A stretch of 64,000 nt of DNA from Macrostomum hystrix (taxonomy: Eukaryota > Animalia > Platyhelminthes): positions 2,604,001 to 2,668,000 of the forward strand of contig CATNEN010000003.1 of assembly GCA_950097015.1 (NCBI GenBank), in the 5' to 3' direction. The position numbers and the translations under genes were made by a program. Below are positions 59,556-64,000 of the stretch, in pieces (the stretch's first letter is position 1; every line of letters starts with the position of its first letter). Under the pieces are notes generated by a model. The model saw only the letters and a program-made list of their open reading frames with translations. It was not told where the DNA came from and did not search any database.

Positions 59556-62500
59556 TAGACTCACCAGTTAAGCAAGAAGAGCTAGACCCGGAATCTGTTT
59601 GGCAGCAGATAGACTTCAGCATGCTGCGACAAATAGGACAGCGCCGACCAAAGATTGCATTTGAGACATCGGAGACGATCGGTAAGGACCTTGATGCAGC
59701 ACTTTTTATCGACCGGAGAGAAACTAAAGCACAACAGGAATATAAGACAGGGGTTAGATGAGACACAGCGGAGATGAGACACAGCGGAGATGAGACACAG
59801 CGGAGATGAGACACTGCGGAGATGAGACACAGCGGAGATGAGACACAGCGGAGATGAGACACAGCGGAGATGAGACACAGCGGAGATGAGACACAGCGGA
59901 GATGAGACACAGCGGAGATGAGACACAGCGGAGATGAGACACAGCGGAGATGAGACACAGCGGAGATGAGACACAGCGGAGACCGGGAAGAGATGAGACA
60001 CAGGATAGATGAGACAGGGAAGAGATGGGACAGGGAGAGATGAGACAGGGAAGAGATGGGACAGGGAGAGATGAGACACAGGATAGATGAGACAGGGAAG
60101 AGATGAGAGAGGGAAGAGATGAGACAGGGAAGAGATGAGACAGGGAAGAGATGAGACAGGGAGAGATGAGACACAGGATATGAGACAGGGAAGAGATGAG
60201 ACAGGGAGAGATGAGACAGGGAAGAGATGAGACAGGGAAGAGATGAGACAGGGAGAGATGAGACACAGGATATGAGACAAGGAAGAGATGAGACAGGGAG
60301 AGATGAGACTTTCAGATGAGATGAGATGAGATGAGATGAGTGAGATGAGATGAGATGAGATGAGATGAGAGGTGTTGGAAGGGGCAACGGGCCGGATTTG
60401 TGGGGCTTCGAGGGCCGCATCTGGCCCGCGGGCCGGACTTTGCCGACCCCCTGATTTAGATATAGGAGAAAAATTAAAAGCGAATATTTTAAAGCATTGC
60501 AATCCTAACTGTCTGGAGTTCGAATCATAGAGCCAACGCGAAGCCATTTTTTCCTAGGAAAAGACCCTTAGTACAATGGGTTCCAATGAGTTAAATTAGG
60601 AGGGAAAACCGAAAGTAATTAAGTCGAAGCCTTTTGCCTGAAAGAGTACTTATCGTTGATTGAGTGCTGCCTTCATCAAAGCAATCTTACAGTCTCTCCG
60701 GCACGAAAGCCTCTTAAAATTGAAACAGGATTGGAAAATTGGATTTAAGATTGACACGAATAAAGTGGTTAAGAGTTAAAATCTACTAATGACGATGAGA
60801 AAGACGTTGAGAATTATATATAAATAGTGCTAAATTCCAGAAACAAGAAAACATTGAAATTTTCATTCACCAACCAACCAACTTGCAGACGAGGCGAATT
60901 CTTCAGTGGTCATTCCAACTTCACCGTCTGCAACCAAATCTGCCACTAAGGTTGGATTATCAAAGAGATATTTTTGTATTACTTAAACGCTCGTATAAGG
61001 TTACGAATAAATGCGCTACTTATACTACTTACTTAGTCACTGCATTGCTAATAAATTTCTTTTAAAAAGACAAAATCTTGCACAGCTTATCCATTTCAAA
61101 CAAGAGCTTGACCAAGCAAATCAAATTTGCGCCCCTTAGCCCCCTAGTCGTTGTTTCCAAGACCATAACTTTGTCTCTCACAACTTTTTATTCTTTAAAC
61201 TTCTCTCTTCACAAAATAGCTTTTCAGAGTTGGCGAGAGTGCTAACTAAGCTGATTTCTATTCTTGTTTAACTTTCCTTCGTTAATGCGTCCAAATTAAT
61301 GGCAGCCTGAGGCCAGTGGGTCTTCGCCAGTAGAAAATTTATTTTTTTGTATATCACATTCTACTAGCCTCTATTTTAACTTTCTTCTGGGCCACGATAT
61401 GAGGTGGGGTCAGGGGTATATAATAAAGCCCACCACCCCATACTTCTCTGACCCCAAAAATCGCCTTCGCCCGCGCGCTGCACAGTCAACCCCAAAAAAA
61501 CCTCTAACCCAGCCCGCACCCACCACCTCATTTTCTGACAGACCCTAGCCAAGCCGCAGGCCAGGAAGGCCGGTGCAGCCCGTTTCGAGATCTCGCCAGC
61601 CCGGGCGGCAGAGTCGGACAACTTTGTCAACAGCCAACCCTCCGCCGCGACAGCAGGCTATTCATCAGAGAGAAGAAAATTATTCCAGCCAAGCATACAA
61701 TCCAGCGAACCTGAAACTGCCGTTGGGTACTTTATCGAGCGTGAACGGGCTAGTACCGCACGAGAGAGTAGAGCCAGAGCCGCTAGACAAAAGACCCCAA
61801 CTGGTGCCACAGCGGCCGCCTATATCGAGGAGCAACAGACAAATAACGGCAACGCCAGTGGATCTGTTGGCAGCGGAGTTCCGTCTGCGAATCAGACATC
61901 GATTAAAAGGTAGTCTATGAGCTGAAGGACTTAATGACTAGATTGGTAGAGAGAGACAATGTAGTAGAAAGTATATATCTAAATTTCCCAACCACTCCAA
62001 CAGCCAGCAGCACGTTTTTCAACTACAACCCGGTGCAGGAAGTCATAACGCCGCTGCCAAGTCTACTGCCGAGATTCGTCAAGAGAAGGTGCTAACAACT
62101 TTCTATTGCGCAGGTGTTTTTGTTTCTCAATTCTGTGTTTAAATTTAATCAAGGAGCATCGTTTCAGAAGCCAATCTCCTTCGGATACAATTGGCTACAG
62201 GAGTTTAACAAAATGTCCATGACAGAAGCTGAGATTGAACGGGTAACGTCGAATGTCCTAAAATTGTTTGTTCAGTACATTATTACGTAATAGTTCCTAA
62301 TCATAAGGTCCATTTTGCAGCGCGTCAAGAATGGTGGAAAGCTGCGCAACAGTGTGTCGCAGACAACTAGATTTGTACTGCCAATCGACCTTAGGGAGCT
62401 TGAAGGTGGGTCAGACAAGCTTGGACTAAAACCAGATTGATTTTTCTGGGCAGGAAAATAACAAAAATATTTTCCTTAACAATTTCAGAAATGGATCCAA

Positions 62501-63861
62501 AAGACTACCTCAGACAGTACACAGTCGTGTCTTCTAGGCGCATGTACCTTTACCAGAAGGTGTTTCAGAAGTACCGAAATCCAACACTAAATGCTGTTGA
62601 AGTGAAGGTGAAAAGCTCAATTCTAGAAAAATATGCGGAGAGTTTTGAAACGCAGGCTTGACCAAACGGTACAGGATCACGGAGGAAGGATAGACCAAAC
62701 AGTTGAGGATCTCAGAGGAAGGATAGACCAAACGGTACAGGATCACGGAGGAAGGATAGACCAAACAGTTGAGGATCTCAGAGGAAGGATAGACCAAACA
62801 GTTGAGGATCTCGGAGGAAGGATAGACCAAACGGTAGAGGATCTCGAAGGAAGGATAGACCAAACGGTACACAATCTCGAAGGAAGGATAGACCAAACAG
62901 TACAGGATCTCGGAGGAAGGATAGACCAAATGGTACAGGATCTCGGAGGAAGGATAGACCAAACGGTAGAGGATCTCGGAGGAAGGATAGACCAAACGGT
63001 AGAGGATCTCGAAGGAAGGATAGACCAAACGGTACAGGATCTCGAAGGAAGGATAGACCAAACAGTACAGGATCTCGGAGGAAGGATAGACCAAACAGTA
63101 CAGGATCTCGGAGGAAGGATAGACCAAACGGTAGAGGATCTCGGAGGAAGGATAGACCAAACGGTACAGGATCTCGGAGGAAGGATAGACCAAACAGTTG
63201 AGGATCTCGGAGGAAGGATAGACCAAACGGTAGAGGATCTCGAAGGAAGGATAGACCAAACGGTAGAGGATCTCGAAGGAAGGATAGACCAAACGGTACA
63301 CAATCTCAAAGGAAGGATAGACCAAATGGTACAGGATCTCGGAGGAAGGATAGACCAAATGGTACAGGATCTCGGAGGAAGGATAGACCAAACGGTACAG
63401 GATCTCGAAGGAAGGATAGACCAAACGGTACACAATCTCGAAGGAAGGATAGACCAAATGGTACAGGATCTCGGAGGAAGGATAGACCAAACGGTAGAGG
63501 ATCTCGGAGGAAGGATAGACCAAACGTTGTAGGTATAACAAAGCAATTTATTTCAATCCCATAGGACCTATCGAAGTGCATCTCGGACATCATTGTTGGC
63601 GGTATCTCGGAGGAGAAACTGGAAGAGATGCTTCACCTAACGGGCATGCTGGATGCAGGCCAGCTGGACTCCAAGCTGTTCAACGCATTCTGCGCAGTCG
63701 TGGAGAGACAGACCACTGGCAAGAAGCTACCTGACGACCCCAGTGAGCTGATGGAGTGTCACAAGCAGAGGCTGGAGAGCGCTGACTTTATCGGCCTGAG
63801 CTACAAGTTCAAGGATGTCAACCTGTCGGAAGTGATGAGCAGATTGTTAAAGGCACTGTGA
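54099..63861 (+). CDS. Uncharacterised multi-exon protein (about 866 aa): long low-complexity/poly-Q N-terminus and globular C-terminus with a degenerate EF-hand-like helical region
   Basis: Exons 54099(exon from 54080)-54422, about 56294(acceptor uncertain)-56548, 57117-57557, 59240-59752, 61542-61909, 62004-62113, 62154-62242, 62321-62405, 62489-62607, 63565-63861 join in frame via GT-AG. C-terminus: TRFVLPIDLRELEEMDPKDYLRQYTVVSSRRMYLYQKVFQKY...FNAFCAVVER...LESADFIGLSYKF. Candidate 5' UTR exon about 50351-50397 (donor GTGAGT). Confidence 0.75.
54436..55610. repeat. 22-23 bp minisatellite TATCTACCTGGTGTTATATACCT
   Basis: Starts about 13 nt after the 54423 donor. Confidence 0.96.
56655..56990. 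repeat. 54-bp tandem repeat, about 6 copies
   Basis: TACATTCAAACCGAGACTCCTTATTGGATCTTAACTCCTCTCTACCCCTCAACG. Confidence 0.93.
57626..58515 (+). mobile_element. hAT-type MITE with 8-bp TSD and internal TGTCTCATCTC minisatellite
   Basis: Termini CAGAAGTCGGCAAACT and AGTTTGCCGACACCGG; TSD CTATAATA at 57618-25 and 58516-23; GGCCCG subterminal motifs; array about 57700-58432. Confidence 0.88.
59757..60453 (-). mobile_element. Second (partial, inverted) copy of the same hAT MITE with expanded 16-bp minisatellite
   Basis: Minus strand CAGGGGGTCGGCAAAGTCCGGCCCGCGGGCC...TCCGGCCCGTTGCCCCTTCCAACACCT matches the 57626 left end (TCCGGCCCGTTGCCCCTTCGGACACCT), then the TGTCTCATCTC array (plus-strand unit GATGAGACACAGCGGA). 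Confidence 0.75.
62660..63527. repeat. 33-bp minisatellite GGATAGACCAAACGGTACAGGATCTCGGAGGAA filling intron 62608-63564
   Basis: About 26 copies. Confidence 0.96.
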
Positions 63862-64000
63862 ACTGTTAAAAAGGCACTGTTAAAAACGGTTTTGTCTTCT
63901 GTAAACACAAGCAAGCGCCTTATTTAGTTGCTTAACAAGCCATTGTTCCCGACTTGACTTATAGATTAACCGTTTATTATTATCATTTTAGCCCGAACCT

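Noticed and set aside
8578-60547. Dozens of long ORFs inside tandem arrays (for example 945 aa at 16525, 535 aa at 14694, the 34-38 kb set, 42230, 54371)
   Set aside because: They are stop-free translations of minisatellite units, open in several frames, and mostly lie inside introns defined by flanking exons.
62633-63532. 299-aa 11-mer repeat ORF (GGRIDQTVQDL) resembling an amphipathic or apolipoprotein-like helix
   Set aside because: It lies within intron 62608-63564, out of phase with the flanking exons, ends in TAG, and the minus strand is equally open; the spliced protein reads continuously without it.

Overview
Eukaryotic (metazoan) genomic DNA with GT-AG introns. About 40% of the window is tandem repeat, in roughly 30 different mini/microsatellite arrays. 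The repeat landscape, the RNW-type orphan GPCR and one very short intron suggest a flatworm such as Macrostomum (inference, not verified). Genes read from the sequence: the 5' part of an E78/NR1-type nuclear receptor (minus), a complete 7-exon P2X ATP-gated channel (plus, about 520 aa), a class IV (SIRT6/7-like) sirtuin that has lost its catalytic His and NAD-binding motifs (minus), a divergent rhodopsin-family GPCR (minus), an orphan 190-aa ORF, and an about 10-exon uncharacterised protein with a degenerate EF-hand-like C-terminus (plus). Mobile elements include tRNA-derived SINEs, a foldback MITE with an 8-bp TSD, and three copies of a hAT-type MITE that each carry a TGTCTCATCTC minisatellite. 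The top candidate for a new system is at 21955-22064, in P2X intron 3 on the sense strand: a complete type I hammerhead ribozyme sitting between a consensus Pol III A box and B box, in place of a tRNA anticodon arm. It is followed by a T6 terminator and wrapped in an inverted repeat. All gene models were spliced by eye and no database searches were run.
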